A stretch of 32,000 nt of DNA from NCBI GenBank assembly GCA_900234795.1, contig LT962688.1:2640001-2672000 (forward strand), given 5' to 3'. Positions within the stretch are counted from its first letter, which is position 1; every line of letters starts with the position of its first letter. A program made the translations under genes and the position numbers. The DNA comes from Methylorubrum extorquens (GTDB lineage Bacteria > Pseudomonadota > Alphaproteobacteria > Rhizobiales > Beijerinckiaceae). The notes beneath the pieces are model-generated. The model made no database searches. It saw only the letters and a list, made by a program, of their open reading frames with translations, and was not told the DNA's origin. This document shows positions 19,054 to 27,875 of the stretch, piece by piece.

Positions 19054-19594
19054 GCCGCAAAAACTCGCGCCTGCAGTGGAGCGGTTCATCCTCCATTGGG
19101 GGGATCTCGGCGGGCAATGGGGCGTGAACCGCTCCGTCGCTCAGATCCACGCCCTGCTCTACCTCTCCGACAAGCCGCTCGCGGCGGAGGACATCGCGGG
19201 GACGCTCGGCATCGCCCGCTCGAACGTCTCGAACTCGCTGAAGGAACTGGCGGGCTGGAACCTGATCCGGCGGGTGCCGGTGCTGGGCGAGCGGCGGGAT
19301 TTCTTCGTCGCCGAGACGGATCTGTGGGAGATGGTCACCCGTATCGCCGCCGGCCGCAAGGAGCGGGAGATCGACCCGGCGCTCAAGGCCCTGCGGGAAT
19401 GCGTGGCCGAGGCGGAGGGCGATCCGCGGGTCGGGGCCGTGGCCGCGCGGCGGCTCAAGTCGATGCTCGACTTCACCCAGACGCTCGACGGCTGGTACGC
19501 GCAAATGCTGAACGTGCCTCACAACACCCTGGCCAAGCTGATCCGGCTCGGTGGACGCATCGTCCGCTACCTGCCCGTGAAGTCCGAGGCCTGA
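19034..19594 (+). CDS. GbsR/MarR-family winged-helix transcriptional regulator
   Basis: A 186-aa protein with the pattern FILHWGDLGGQWGVNRSVAQIHALLYLSDKPLAAEDIAGTLGIARSNVSNSLKELAGWNLIRRV...GERRDFF, typical of GbsR-type HTH regulators. Confidence 0.8.
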   Translation: MTEISDQPQKLAPAVERFILHWGDLGGQWGVNRSVAQIHALLYLSDKPLAAEDIAGTLGIARSNVSNSLKELAGWNLIRRVPVLGERRDFFVAETDLWEMVTRIAAGRKEREIDPALKALRECVAEAEGDPRVGAVAARRLKSMLDFTQTLDGWYAQMLNVPHNTLAKLIRLGGRIVRYLPVKSEA

Positions 19595-19647
19595 TCCCCT
19601 GCCGGCCGGGCGTCCGGCGTCCGGGAGAGTATCTGAGGAGGCCCTTG

Positions 19648-20343
19648 ATGCGCGCCGCCGGCAAAGCCGCCATTCCGAACGCAGCCCCAGTCTGCCCGGC
19701 GGAACTGCTCGACCTGCGTTTTCGCGCACTGGTGCCGGAGGCGGATTGGGCGCGGCTGCCGCCTGCGGTGCGGCGGCGCTTCTCCAAGCGGCTCGGCGAG
19801 GGTGAGAGCGCGGTCTATGCCGGGCGGGTGGTCGAGACCCATCTAACCCGGCTCGGCTGGCTGCTCGCCCAGGTCTTGCGCCTCGTCGGCGCCCCACTGC
19901 CGACAGCTCGGATCGCCAACGTGCCGAGCGTGGTCGCCGTCACCCAGGACGGCGCCGGCAACGGCCAGATCTGGACGCGACTCTACGCCCGCGGCTCAGG
20001 CTTCCCGCAGGCGATTCACTCGGCCAAGCGCTTTCGGGGACCGACCGGGCTCGAGGAGCGGGTCGGCGCCGGGCTCGGCATGAGTCTGCGGGTTCTGGTG
20101 GAGGATCGGGCGCTGGTGTTTCGCAGCGAGCGCTATTTCATCGATCTACCGGGCTTCCGGCTCATCCTGCCGCGATGGCTGACGCCGGGCACCCTGACGG
20201 TCAGCCACGACGCCACCGGCGCCCGCGCCTTCCGGTTCGTTCTGGAAATCCGTCACGCTTGGCTCGGCCGGCTGCTCCGCCAGGAGGCGGAGTTCTCCGA
20301 CCAAGTCGATGCGCGCGACGAGGTGACCGCCGCGCTGCACTGA
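19648..20343 (+). CDS. DUF4166 domain-containing protein
   Basis: A 231-aa protein. The ATG at 19648 is preceded by GAGGAGG. The features FRALVPEADWARLPPAVRRRFSK...GRV and a C-terminal beta-rich region match my recollection of DUF4166. It lies 54 bp downstream of the regulator and is probably in the same operon. Confidence 0.65.
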   Translation: MRAAGKAAIPNAAPVCPAELLDLRFRALVPEADWARLPPAVRRRFSKRLGEGESAVYAGRVVETHLTRLGWLLAQVLRLVGAPLPTARIANVPSVVAVTQDGAGNGQIWTRLYARGSGFPQAIHSAKRFRGPTGLEERVGAGLGMSLRVLVEDRALVFRSERYFIDLPGFRLILPRWLTPGTLTVSHDATGARAFRFVLEIRHAWLGRLLRQEAEFSDQVDARDEVTAALH

Positions 20344-20354
20344 TCGAGGCTTAA

Positions 20355-20401
20355 GGCATCGTCCCGAAAGGTGGTCACCGGCTTTCGGAAAAAGGCGATG
20401 C
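20355..20401. repeat. Hairpin intergenic repeat (same family as 29919-29970, related to 8920-8963)
   Basis: GCATCGTCCCGAAAGGTGGTCACCGGCTTTCGGAAAAAGGCGATGC has nested inverted repeats GCATCG/CGATGC and CCGAAAG/CTTTCGG. It shares 17 nt, 7 nt and 6 nt identical blocks with the reverse complement of 29920-29966. It lies between convergent genes. Confidence 0.7.
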
Positions 20402-20413
20402 TAAACCAGGAGG

Positions 20414-20716
20414 TTAGCCGGCCAGAAGCGCGCCCGACGGCCGGTCGGCGCCCCAGATCTTCTCGAGGTTGTAGAAGCCGCGGACTTCGGGGCGGAAGAT
20501 GTGGACGAGGATATCACCCGCATCGATCAGCACCCAGTCGCAGGCCGGCATGCCCTCGACGCGGGCGTTGCCGAAGCCCTTGGCCTTCATCTCTTGGATG
20601 ATCTTGTCGGCGATCGAGCCGACATGGCGCTGCGAGCGGCCGGACGCGATGATCATCGTATCGGCGAGCGAGGTCTTGCCCGCGAGGTCGATCTCGACGG
20701 TCTCCTCGGCCTTCAT
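20414..20716 (-). CDS. rsfS: Ribosome silencing factor RsfS (iojap family); true start probably upstream at a non-canonical codon
   Basis: The motifs DTMIIASGRSQRHVGSIADKI, DWVLIDAGDILVHIF and RGFYNLEKIW match RsfS. The N-terminal helix expected in RsfS (SSDALKALALGCLDE) is encoded in frame upstream of ATG 20716, with no ATG/GTG/TTG before the stop at 20831-20833. A CTG at 20810-20812 has an AGGA 9 nt upstream. Confidence 0.85.
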   Translation of the reverse strand: MKAEETVEIDLAGKTSLADTMIIASGRSQRHVGSIADKIIQEMKAKGFGNARVEGMPACDWVLIDAGDILVHIFRPEVRGFYNLEKIWGADRPSGALLAG

Positions 20717-21158
20717 CTCGTCGAGGCATCCGAGGGCCAGGGCCTTCAGCGCGTCGGAGGAGGCAGGCTCGGCATCGGAGCTGACACCGACGTGTGGAAT
20801 GTGTGCGGACAGGGTCTCGGTTCCTGAAGATCAATTCGCGGCGATCCCGCCACGCGCTGAAATTGGCCGCTTTCGGCCCACTTTTCAAGCGGAAGAAGCG
20901 CCCTAAGCCTCGTGTGCCGCGATTGGGGAGGCAAAACGCGGCGTCACGCGCCCATCTCATAGATGGTTTCGCTACCGATCGGAGGACGGCCACGCTGCGA
21001 GCGTGCGCCGTACGGCGAGCGCGAATGCGGTCCGGCTTGGCACTATGGCCGCTGGCTTCCAAACGGATGAGATCGTTTCCTTCTTGTCGTCGTAGACCGC
21101 CGTGCTGGCGCGCTTCGACGTCATGACGTCGGCAGGAAATCCGTCGGCAGGAGGCCAG

Positions 21159-21716
21159 TCACCGCGTGCGCAGAGCGGTGGAGGACAAGGCGGAGCGCGG
21201 GCCGTGGAGGAAGGTCCAGGCCGGCGTTGGGCGGATCGCCAGGGTGGGAGCGTCCGCCTCCGGAATTCGGGCCGATGCGAATGCCTGCGCCGCCCGCGCC
21301 GAAGGCGCCGTGAGCGTGTAGCCGGGACGGTCGATCACCGCGACCGGCATCAGCGATAGGATCTCGTCGAAACGGCGCCAGCGATGGAAGGTGCCGAGCG
21401 AATCCGCACCCATGATCCACACGAAGTGAAGAGCGGGTTGGCGCCGAACCAGCCAGCGCAGCGTATCGGCGGTGTAGCGGCTGCCGATCCCCCCTTCGAA
21501 GCCGGTGACCGCGATGCGCGGATCGGTGGCGAGCGCCCGCGCCTGCGCCACCCGCTCATCCAGCGGAGCGAGCACGCCATGGTCCTTGAGCGGGTTGCCG
21601 GGCGTGACGAGCCACCAGACCCGGTCGAGCCGAAGGCGCCGCAGCGCGGTGCGGCTCACATGCAGGTGCCCCGCATGCGCCGGGTTGAACGAACCGCCGT
21701 AGAGGCCGACCCGCAT
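21159..21716 (-). CDS. nadD: Nicotinate-nucleotide adenylyltransferase
   Basis: The motifs MRVGLYGGSFNPAHAGH (the (T/H)xGH motif), WWLVTPGNPLK, IMGADS and SSTALR are present. The start is set at ATG 21716. The longer ORF to 21905 overlaps proA and is Arg/Ser-rich nonsense. Confidence 0.85.
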   Translation of the reverse strand: MRVGLYGGSFNPAHAGHLHVSRTALRRLRLDRVWWLVTPGNPLKDHGVLAPLDERVAQARALATDPRIAVTGFEGGIGSRYTADTLRWLVRRQPALHFVWIMGADSLGTFHRWRRFDEILSLMPVAVIDRPGYTLTAPSARAAQAFASARIPEADAPTLAIRPTPAWTFLHGPRSALSSTALRTR

Positions 21717-21771
21717 GCCGGGCGCGGCCGGCGGTAGCCTGTGATCGCGCAGAGGAACCGCCGTCAGCGCG

Positions 21772-23070
21772 TCACGGCCGCGTCTGGCCGCTGCCGTGGA
21801 CCCGGTACTTGAAGGTGGTGAGCTGCTCGACGCCGACCGGGCCGCGGGCATGCATCCGCCCGGTGGCGATGCCGATCTCGGCGCCGAAGCCGAACTCGCC
21901 GCCATCGGCGAACTGCGTCGAGGCGTTGTGGGTCACGATCGCCGAATCGACTTCGTTGAGGAAGCGCGCGGCGGCGTCGGTGTCGTCGGTGATGATCGCG
22001 TCGGTGTGGTGCGAGCCGTTGGCCTCGATATGGGCGATCGCCGCATCGAGCCCATCGACCACCTTCGCGGAGATGATCGCGTCGAGATACTCGGTGCGCC
22101 AATCCGCGTCGGTCGCCGCACTCACCCGCGGGTCGGCGGCTTGCGTCGCCGCGTCGCCGCGCACGGCACAACCGGATTCGAGCAGCGCCTCGACCAGCGG
22201 CTTGAGGTGCGTCTCGGCAACCGCCGCATCGACGAGCAGCGTCTCGGCGGCGCCGCAGATGCCGGTGCGCCGCATCTTGCTGTTGAGGAGCAGGCTGCGC
22301 GCCATGCCGAGGTCGGCGCCTTCGGCCACGTAGACATGGCAGATGCCGTCGAGATGAGCGAAGACCGGCACCTTGGCTTCGGCCTGGACGCGCTCCACGA
22401 GGCTGCGCCCGCCGCGGGGCACGATCACGTCGACGCAGCCGCCGAGGCCGGTAAGCATCAGGCCGACCGCGGCCCGGTCGCGGGTCGGCACGAGCTGGAT
22501 CGCATCCGCAGGCAGGCCGGCGCGGGCGAGGCCCTCGCTCATTGCCGCCGCGATGGCGGTCGCGGTGCGGTGCGAATCCGAGCCCGCGCGCAGGATCGCG
22601 GCGTTGCCGGCCTTGAGGCAGAGCGCGCCGGCATCCGCCGTCACGTTGGGGCGGCTCTCGAAGATGACGCCGACGACGCCGAGCGGCACCGAGATGCGCT
22701 CGATCAAAAGACCGTTCGGCCGCTCGAAGGCGGCGAGCTGGCGTCCGACCGGATCGGCCAGGCCCGCGACCTTCTCCACCGCCTCGGCGATCGCCGCGAC
22801 CCGGCCCTCGTCCAGGGTCAGGCGGTCGATGATCGCGTTCGTGAGGCCCGCGGCCTGCGCGGCGGAGACGTCCCGCGCGTTCTCGCGCAGGATCGCCGGG
22901 GCGCTGGCGCGGATCTGCTCGGCGATGGCCCGCAGGCCCAGATCCTTGGTCTGCGCCGGCGCGAGCGCCATGGCCCGGCCGGCGGCGCGGGCGCGCCGGC
23001 CGATGCCGGCCATCAGCGTCTCGAGGTCGTCGGCGTCCGCAAGATCGGACTTGAGATTCAGGACAGGCAC
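21772..23070 (-). CDS. proA: Glutamate-5-semialdehyde dehydrogenase (gamma-glutamyl phosphate reductase)
   Basis: The motifs [34 protein letters not shown] and HTDAIIT are ProA signatures. GTG 23070 gives 432 aa. The ORF-track start at 23172 adds an implausible leader. Confidence 0.9.
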   Translation of the reverse strand: MPVLNLKSDLADADDLETLMAGIGRRARAAGRAMALAPAQTKDLGLRAIAEQIRASAPAILRENARDVSAAQAAGLTNAIIDRLTLDEGRVAAIAEAVEKVAGLADPVGRQLAAFERPNGLLIERISVPLGVVGVIFESRPNVTADAGALCLKAGNAAILRAGSDSHRTATAIAAAMSEGLARAGLPADAIQLVPTRDRAAVGLMLTGLGGCVDVIVPRGGRSLVERVQAEAKVPVFAHLDGICHVYVAEGADLGMARSLLLNSKMRRTGICGAAETLLVDAAVAETHLKPLVEALLESGCAVRGDAATQAADPRVSAATDADWRTEYLDAIISAKVVDGLDAAIAHIEANGSHHTDAIITDDTDAAARFLNEVDSAIVTHNASTQFADGGEFGFGAEIGIATGRMHARGPVGVEQLTTFKYRVHGSGQTRP

Positions 23071-23209
23071 GCTCGTGCTTCCCGTCTGGCACCGCTGGGG
23101 CGGCGCGATTGCGCATTTGAATGCATATGCACCCTCCCGCGCCCCTTTGCACATCGCCTTGGGGTTGAACAAGCGTCGATGTTAAGTTGCCGCGCCGGAG
23201 CGGGCCGCA

Positions 23210-24343
23210 TCAGGCCCCGATCATCGCAAGGTCGTCGCGGTGGATCATCTCCGTGCGTCCGGCCTGGACAGAAGCGGCGGCGATCTCGCGGCTGGAGCGA
23301 CCGATGATGGCGGCGGCGTCCGCACTGTCGTAGGCCACGAGCCCCCGCCCGAGGATGCGCCCTTCGGGTCCGCGGATCAGCACGGTGTCGCCCTTGGCGA
23401 AGCTCCCCTCGATCGCGGTGACGCCGACCGGCAGCAGGCTCGCCCCGCCCTGAAGCGCGCGAGCGGCGCCGGCATCGACGACGAGGGTGCCGGAGGCGTC
23501 CAGCGAGCCCGCGATCCAGGTCTTGCGTGCGGCGGTGGGGGTCGAGCCCGACAGGAACCACGAGCAGCGTCCGCCCTCGCGGACCACGCGCAACGGGTTT
23601 TTCCCGCGCCCGTCGGCGATGACCATGTGGGTGCCGCCGCCGGCGGCGATTTTGGCCGCCTCGACTTTGGTGCGCATGCCGCCGCGGGACAGATCGGAAG
23701 CGGGCCCCCCGGCCATCGCCTCGATCTCCGGGGTCACCCGCTCGATCACCGGCAGGTGGCGCGCCTGCGGGTCGGTGTGGGGCGGCGCGGTGTAGAGGCC
23801 GTCGATGTCGGAGAACAGCACCAGCACGTCGGCGCCGATCATGGTGGCAACCCGCGCTGCCAGCCGGTCGTTGTCGCCGTAGCGGATCTCGGCGGTCGCT
23901 ACCGTGTCGTTCTCGTTGACGACCGGGACCGCCCGCACTTCGAGGAGTTTCTGCACGGTCGCGCGGGCATTGAGGTAGCGGCGGCGCTCCTCGGTGTCCT
24001 TGGGTGTCACCAGCACCTGTCCCGCGACGATGTCGTGGTGACCGAGCGCCTCGGTCCAGTACCGGGCGAGCGCGATCTGGCCCACCGCCGCCGACGCTTG
24101 GCTTTCCTCCAGGCGCAGCGCACCGGGCGGAAGGCCCAGCACCGTGCGCCCGAGCGCGATCGCGCCGGAGGAGACGACGACGACATCGACGCCGCGACCA
24201 TGCAGGTCGGCGATGTCCTCGGCGAGGGCGGCGAGCCACGCGTGACGCAGGCGTCCCCGCGCGCGATCCACGAGGAGGGCCGAGCCGACCTTCACGACGA
24301 CGCGGCGGAAATCTTCGAGAGCGGGAGGGAGAAGCGCGGTCAT
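23210..24343 (-). CDS. proB: Glutamate 5-kinase
   Basis: The motifs [52 protein letters not shown] and a C-terminal PUA domain are present. The protein is 377 aa. Confidence 0.95.
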   Translation of the reverse strand: MTALLPPALEDFRRVVVKVGSALLVDRARGRLRHAWLAALAEDIADLHGRGVDVVVVSSGAIALGRTVLGLPPGALRLEESQASAAVGQIALARYWTEALGHHDIVAGQVLVTPKDTEERRRYLNARATVQKLLEVRAVPVVNENDTVATAEIRYGDNDRLAARVATMIGADVLVLFSDIDGLYTAPPHTDPQARHLPVIERVTPEIEAMAGGPASDLSRGGMRTKVEAAKIAAGGGTHMVIADGRGKNPLRVVREGGRCSWFLSGSTPTAARKTWIAGSLDASGTLVVDAGAARALQGGASLLPVGVTAIEGSFAKGDTVLIRGPEGRILGRGLVAYDSADAAAIIGRSSREIAAASVQAGRTEMIHRDDLAMIGA

Positions 24344-24614
24344 GCGACAGTCGTTACGGAGAGCCTGGCGAGTGCCGGTGTCGAAGACGGTTCCTGTGCA
24401 TCAAACGTCCGGTCCTGGCCAGATCCTTGCTGCAGATCAACCGCCCGCCGAATTCGGGCCTGCACAATTTCTAGTTGATTTTTCGCGAACGAGTGATACG
24501 CCAGGCAAACTAGCCCATGTTAATCATGTGGTCTGGAATGATGGTGCCGAGGGGTGGCCTCACGCGAAGCTCGCGTGCATCTCGACGCGCTAAAAAATTG
24601 GAGGAAGTGCCCCC

Positions 24615-24989
24615 GTGCCGGTCAGTGCCCTCCTGAACCGACGCATTCTGGTCGTCGAGGACGACTATTTCTGGGCCGATGAGCTGCGCCATGGCTTGGA
24701 GAAGGCCGGGGCCGTCGTCCACGGTCCGGTCGCCAGCGTCGAGGCAGCCCTGGATATCCTCGACTCCGCCATCGCCGTGGACGGGGCGATTCTCGACCTC
24801 GGGCTCAGGGGCGCGCGCGCCTACGACGTCGCCGAGCGACTGATCGCCCGGCGCACACCCTTCGTGTTCGTGACGGGCTACGACGCCGGCGCCATTCCAG
24901 AGGCGTACGCCGCCGTACCACGGTTCGAGAAGCCGGTGACGTTCGATACGATCTTGAGGGCGTTGAGCGCGCTGATGCCGCCCGCCTGA
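24615..24989 (+). CDS. Single-domain response regulator (receiver only)
   Basis: The receiver signature is complete: VVEDD acidic pair, phospho-acceptor D in AILDLGL, T in FVTGY and K in EKPV. The GTG start has GGAGGA upstream. No output domain and no cognate kinase are in the window. Confidence 0.8.
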   Translation: MPVSALLNRRILVVEDDYFWADELRHGLEKAGAVVHGPVASVEAALDILDSAIAVDGAILDLGLRGARAYDVAERLIARRTPFVFVTGYDAGAIPEAYAAVPRFEKPVTFDTILRALSALMPPA

Positions 24990-25081
24990 CCCCTCACGCC
25001 GGCTTGTCGGCTTTGGCAGCGGCATAGCCGACCTGAATCGTCGACACGCCTTGCCGACCATGGGTGGGGCCGCCGCGCCGG

Positions 25082-25786
25082 TCAGTTCGCTTCGCGCAGC
25101 AACCGTTCGGCCACGACCTTCACCGGCTGGCGGCGCCCGATCAGCACGGCGAAGCGTGACTGCTCCGGGTCGGACTCGAAACGGGTCCGTCCCCAGGCGA
25201 CCAGGAATTTGAGATATTCGGCCCCGAGCAGACGGGTCACCGCCGGATCCGCCCACCAGCGGCTGACATCGAGCCCATCGGAGACGACGGGATAGGGGAT
25301 CAGCGTCTCGCCGTCCTTCAGGGCGTGCCGCAGCTCCACCAGGGTGCGCGGCATGTGGTAGTTCGACGTCACGACCACGACGGTGGCGAAGCTGTGGCGC
25401 CGCATCCAGCGCCGGGTCTCGATGGCGTTGCCGATGGTGTTGCGGGCCCGGTAATCGAGATCGACGCAGCAGGTGATCCAGTGCTCCTGTGCCGGATTGA
25501 GGCGCACGATCTCGTCGCGGGTGGTGCGCTCGTTGACGCCGGAAATTAGCAACCGCCGGCCATGGCCTTCCGCCAGCAGATCGATGGCATCGCCGACCCG
25601 TTGCGAGCCCCCGGTCATGGCGACGATGCCGTCGACGCCGTCCAGGCCCGGCCGGTCCGTCCGCTCGACCACCGCGACGAAGGCGAGGAAGCCGCCCGCC
25701 AGCGCGAGCAGGCCGAGAAGGGAAAGGCCGACGAAGGCCCGAAGGAGCCGGATGCCGCGCCCCCGCCGCGCAGGGGCCTCAGTCAT
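25082..25786 (-). CDS. YdcF/ElyC/SanA-like DUF218 protein (N-terminal membrane anchor)
   Basis: A TM helix LLRAFVGLSLLGLLALAGGFLAFVAVV is followed by IVAMTGGSQRV, LLISGVN, GNAIETRRW and VVVTSNYHMPR, a DUF218 pattern. The ATG at 25786 is chosen over the ORF start at 25933. Confidence 0.8.
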   Translation of the reverse strand: MTEAPARRGRGIRLLRAFVGLSLLGLLALAGGFLAFVAVVERTDRPGLDGVDGIVAMTGGSQRVGDAIDLLAEGHGRRLLISGVNERTTRDEIVRLNPAQEHWITCCVDLDYRARNTIGNAIETRRWMRRHSFATVVVVTSNYHMPRTLVELRHALKDGETLIPYPVVSDGLDVSRWWADPAVTRLLGAEYLKFLVAWGRTRFESDPEQSRFAVLIGRRQPVKVVAERLLREAN

Positions 25787-26027
25787 TCGAGCTGCGTAGG
25801 GCTGCGACGAGGCGTTGGCCGACAGGTCCGCCACCCAGGACCATCCGAGCGCCTCGCGGTGAGACTCGGAGCAGGATTCGTTTGGGAGCCGGCCCGGGCC
25901 GGCCGCCTGTCGGCGGGGCACTCGCGGAAGCATGACGGACGGAACAGGAGCTCATGAACGGTGTTGATGCCGGGACTCTCGGTTCCCAATGGTTGTCGAA
26001 ACGTTAACGGGTTCGATCGACCTGACT

Positions 26028-27008
26028 CTATCGGAGGAACCGGCGCACGGTGAAGCGCGACACGGCCGCCGTGACGAGGGACGCGATCACGCCGATGAGC
26101 ACGATGATCGCGTAACCCTGCCAGCCGATCTGGAACGTCCCGAACAGCGCCTCGATCTCCTCGCCCGCCGGCCCCGAGCGCCACATCCGCGCGAACAGGC
26201 CGGCGAGTGCGCAGGTCAGAAGTGCTGCGCCCGCACCCAGCGCCCCTCCCCTTAAACCTAAGCGGAAGAAGCGGCTCTGGAAGGCCTTGGCAATGTAGTC
26301 GTCGTCGGCGCCCACGAAGTGCAGCACCTCGACCACCTCGCGATTGCCGGCCATGGCGCCGCGGGTCGCGAAGACCACGGCGAGCCCGGTGGCGAACAGG
26401 ACGAGGAGGACGATGCCGATGCCGATGCCGGCGAAGGTGTTGGCCATAGTCGAGAGGCGCTGAAGCCAGAGCGCGTGGTCGTCAAGGCTCGCCACGCCCG
26501 GAAGCGCCTCGGTGAGTGCGGCGCGCAACGCGGTCAGGTCGGGGCTCCGGTCGCTCGCGAGCGTCAGCGCGATCAGGCGTGGAACGGGCAGGTCCGACAT
26601 GTCGAGACCGCTTCCGAGCCAGGGTTCGAGCAGCCGCTCGGACTCCGCCTTGGAGAAGATGCGCGCCCCGACGATGCCCGGCGCGGCGCGTGAGAGGCTT
26701 TCGGCCCGCTTCACGTCCGCCTCGATGTCGCGCCCGGCTCCGGGCCGGATCTGCACCGTCACCTCCTGCGCGACGCTGCCCTGCCACTGGCTGGCGCTGG
26801 AGACGGCGATCTCCGCCGCACCCGCGCAGAGTGCCGCGAGGAAGGTGAGGATCGCGATAACTGCCGCAAGCGCCCGGCTCGCGGCGGAATCGGTCGGCAC
26901 CAGGGGCGCGTTGCGGCGCAGGTTGGCCGGAAGCGGCGCCTCGGACGCGGAGGCCGCCGCTTTCGCCGCGGCCGCGCCGCTCCGGGCGGGGGAGCGCACC
27001 TCGTTCAT
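26028..27008 (-). CDS. ftsX: Cell division permease-like protein FtsX
   Basis: It has FtsX topology: TM1, a periplasmic domain, then three C-terminal TMs. Its ATG overlaps the ftsE stop (ATGA at 27005-27008). The region around VEVLHFVGADDDYI is typical. Confidence 0.85.
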   Translation of the reverse strand: MNEVRSPARSGAAAAKAAASASEAPLPANLRRNAPLVPTDSAASRALAAVIAILTFLAALCAGAAEIAVSSASQWQGSVAQEVTVQIRPGAGRDIEADVKRAESLSRAAPGIVGARIFSKAESERLLEPWLGSGLDMSDLPVPRLIALTLASDRSPDLTALRAALTEALPGVASLDDHALWLQRLSTMANTFAGIGIGIVLLVLFATGLAVVFATRGAMAGNREVVEVLHFVGADDDYIAKAFQSRFFRLGLRGGALGAGAALLTCALAGLFARMWRSGPAGEEIEALFGTFQIGWQGYAIIVLIGVIASLVTAAVSRFTVRRFLR

Positions 27009-27706
27009 GGCCCTTCCACCCGCAGCCGACCGTCGGCGAGCACCATCCGGCGCGCCTCAACGAGATCCATCAAGCCGTAATCGTGGGTGGCGATCACCAC
27101 GGACGTGCCGAGCCGGTTCAGCTCCATGAACAGTCGCAGCAGGCGCCGGGCGAGGCTCGGATCGACGTTGCCGGTGGGCTCGTCGGCCAGCAGCAGTTCC
27201 GGCCGCGCGATCAGGGCCCGCGCGATCGCCGCGCGCTGCTTCTCGCCGCCTGACAGCAGCGGCGGCAGGACGTGCATGCGCTCGCCCAGGCCGACCCAGC
27301 GCAGCAATTCGACGACCTCCGCCCGGTAGCTCGCCTCCGCCCGCTCCTGCACGCGCAGGGGCAGGGCCACGTTCTCGTAGGTCGTCAGGTGATCGAGCAG
27401 GCGGAAATCCTGGAACACCACGCCCATGCGGCGGCGCAGGCCCGTGAGCGCGTCGTTGGAGATGCCGCTCACCTCCCGGCCGAACACCGAGACGATGCCG
27501 CGGGTCGGGCGCACCGAGAGCAGGATCAGGCGCAGCAGCGTCGTCTTGCCCGCCCCGGACGGGCCGGTGAGGAACTGAAAGGAATGCGGCGCGATCTCGA
27601 AGCTCACATCGGACAGCACCTCCGGCCCGAGGCCGTAGCGCATGCCGACGCTCTCGAACCGGACGACGGGCTCCTCCGCGCCGGACAGGAGGCTGCCCGT
27701 TTTCAT
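27005..27706 (-). CDS. ftsE: Cell division ATP-binding protein FtsE
   Basis: Walker A is GPSGAGKTT, the signature is LSGGEKQR, and Walker B is LLLADEPTGNVD. It is directly coupled to ftsX. The start is set at ATG 27706. Confidence 0.9.
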   Translation of the reverse strand: MKTGSLLSGAEEPVVRFESVGMRYGLGPEVLSDVSFEIAPHSFQFLTGPSGAGKTTLLRLILLSVRPTRGIVSVFGREVSGISNDALTGLRRRMGVVFQDFRLLDHLTTYENVALPLRVQERAEASYRAEVVELLRWVGLGERMHVLPPLLSGGEKQRAAIARALIARPELLLADEPTGNVDPSLARRLLRLFMELNRLGTSVVIATHDYGLMDLVEARRMVLADGRLRVEGP

Positions 27707-27875
27707 CCCAGCCGACAAGGCCCGCTCACTCCACGCTTCGCACGCGACACAGGACCGCTGTGCCATACCCGGCTTCACCGCCGGTTAACCCTACTCGGTG
27801 AGAACGTTTGTGTCCTTTTCGAGCGCGCGGCAACCCGCTGCCGGGACCCGACACCGACGCGGCTTACCCCATCCC

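Noticed and set aside
24344-24614. A possible synteny break upstream of proB, since obg often precedes proB in related bacteria, and a 270-bp lower-GC spacer before the orphan response regulator.
   Set aside because: I cannot verify the expected synteny for this lineage from memory. The spacer shows only short, unremarkable inverted repeats (CTAGTT...AACTAG).
25889-25904. A 16-bp GC palindrome, GCCGGCCCGGGCCGGC, in the ftsX-ydcF spacer.
   Set aside because: Pure GC palindromes of this size are frequent in high-GC genomes. It has no loop or U-tract that would make it a terminator, and no nearby partner motif.
26001-26030. GGTTCGA-like strings (also near 14715) that might mark tRNA T-arms.
   Set aside because: There is no matching acceptor stem, D-arm or anticodon arm in the flanking 70-90 nt. 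The first site lies at the ftsX 3' end and the other in a short spacer.
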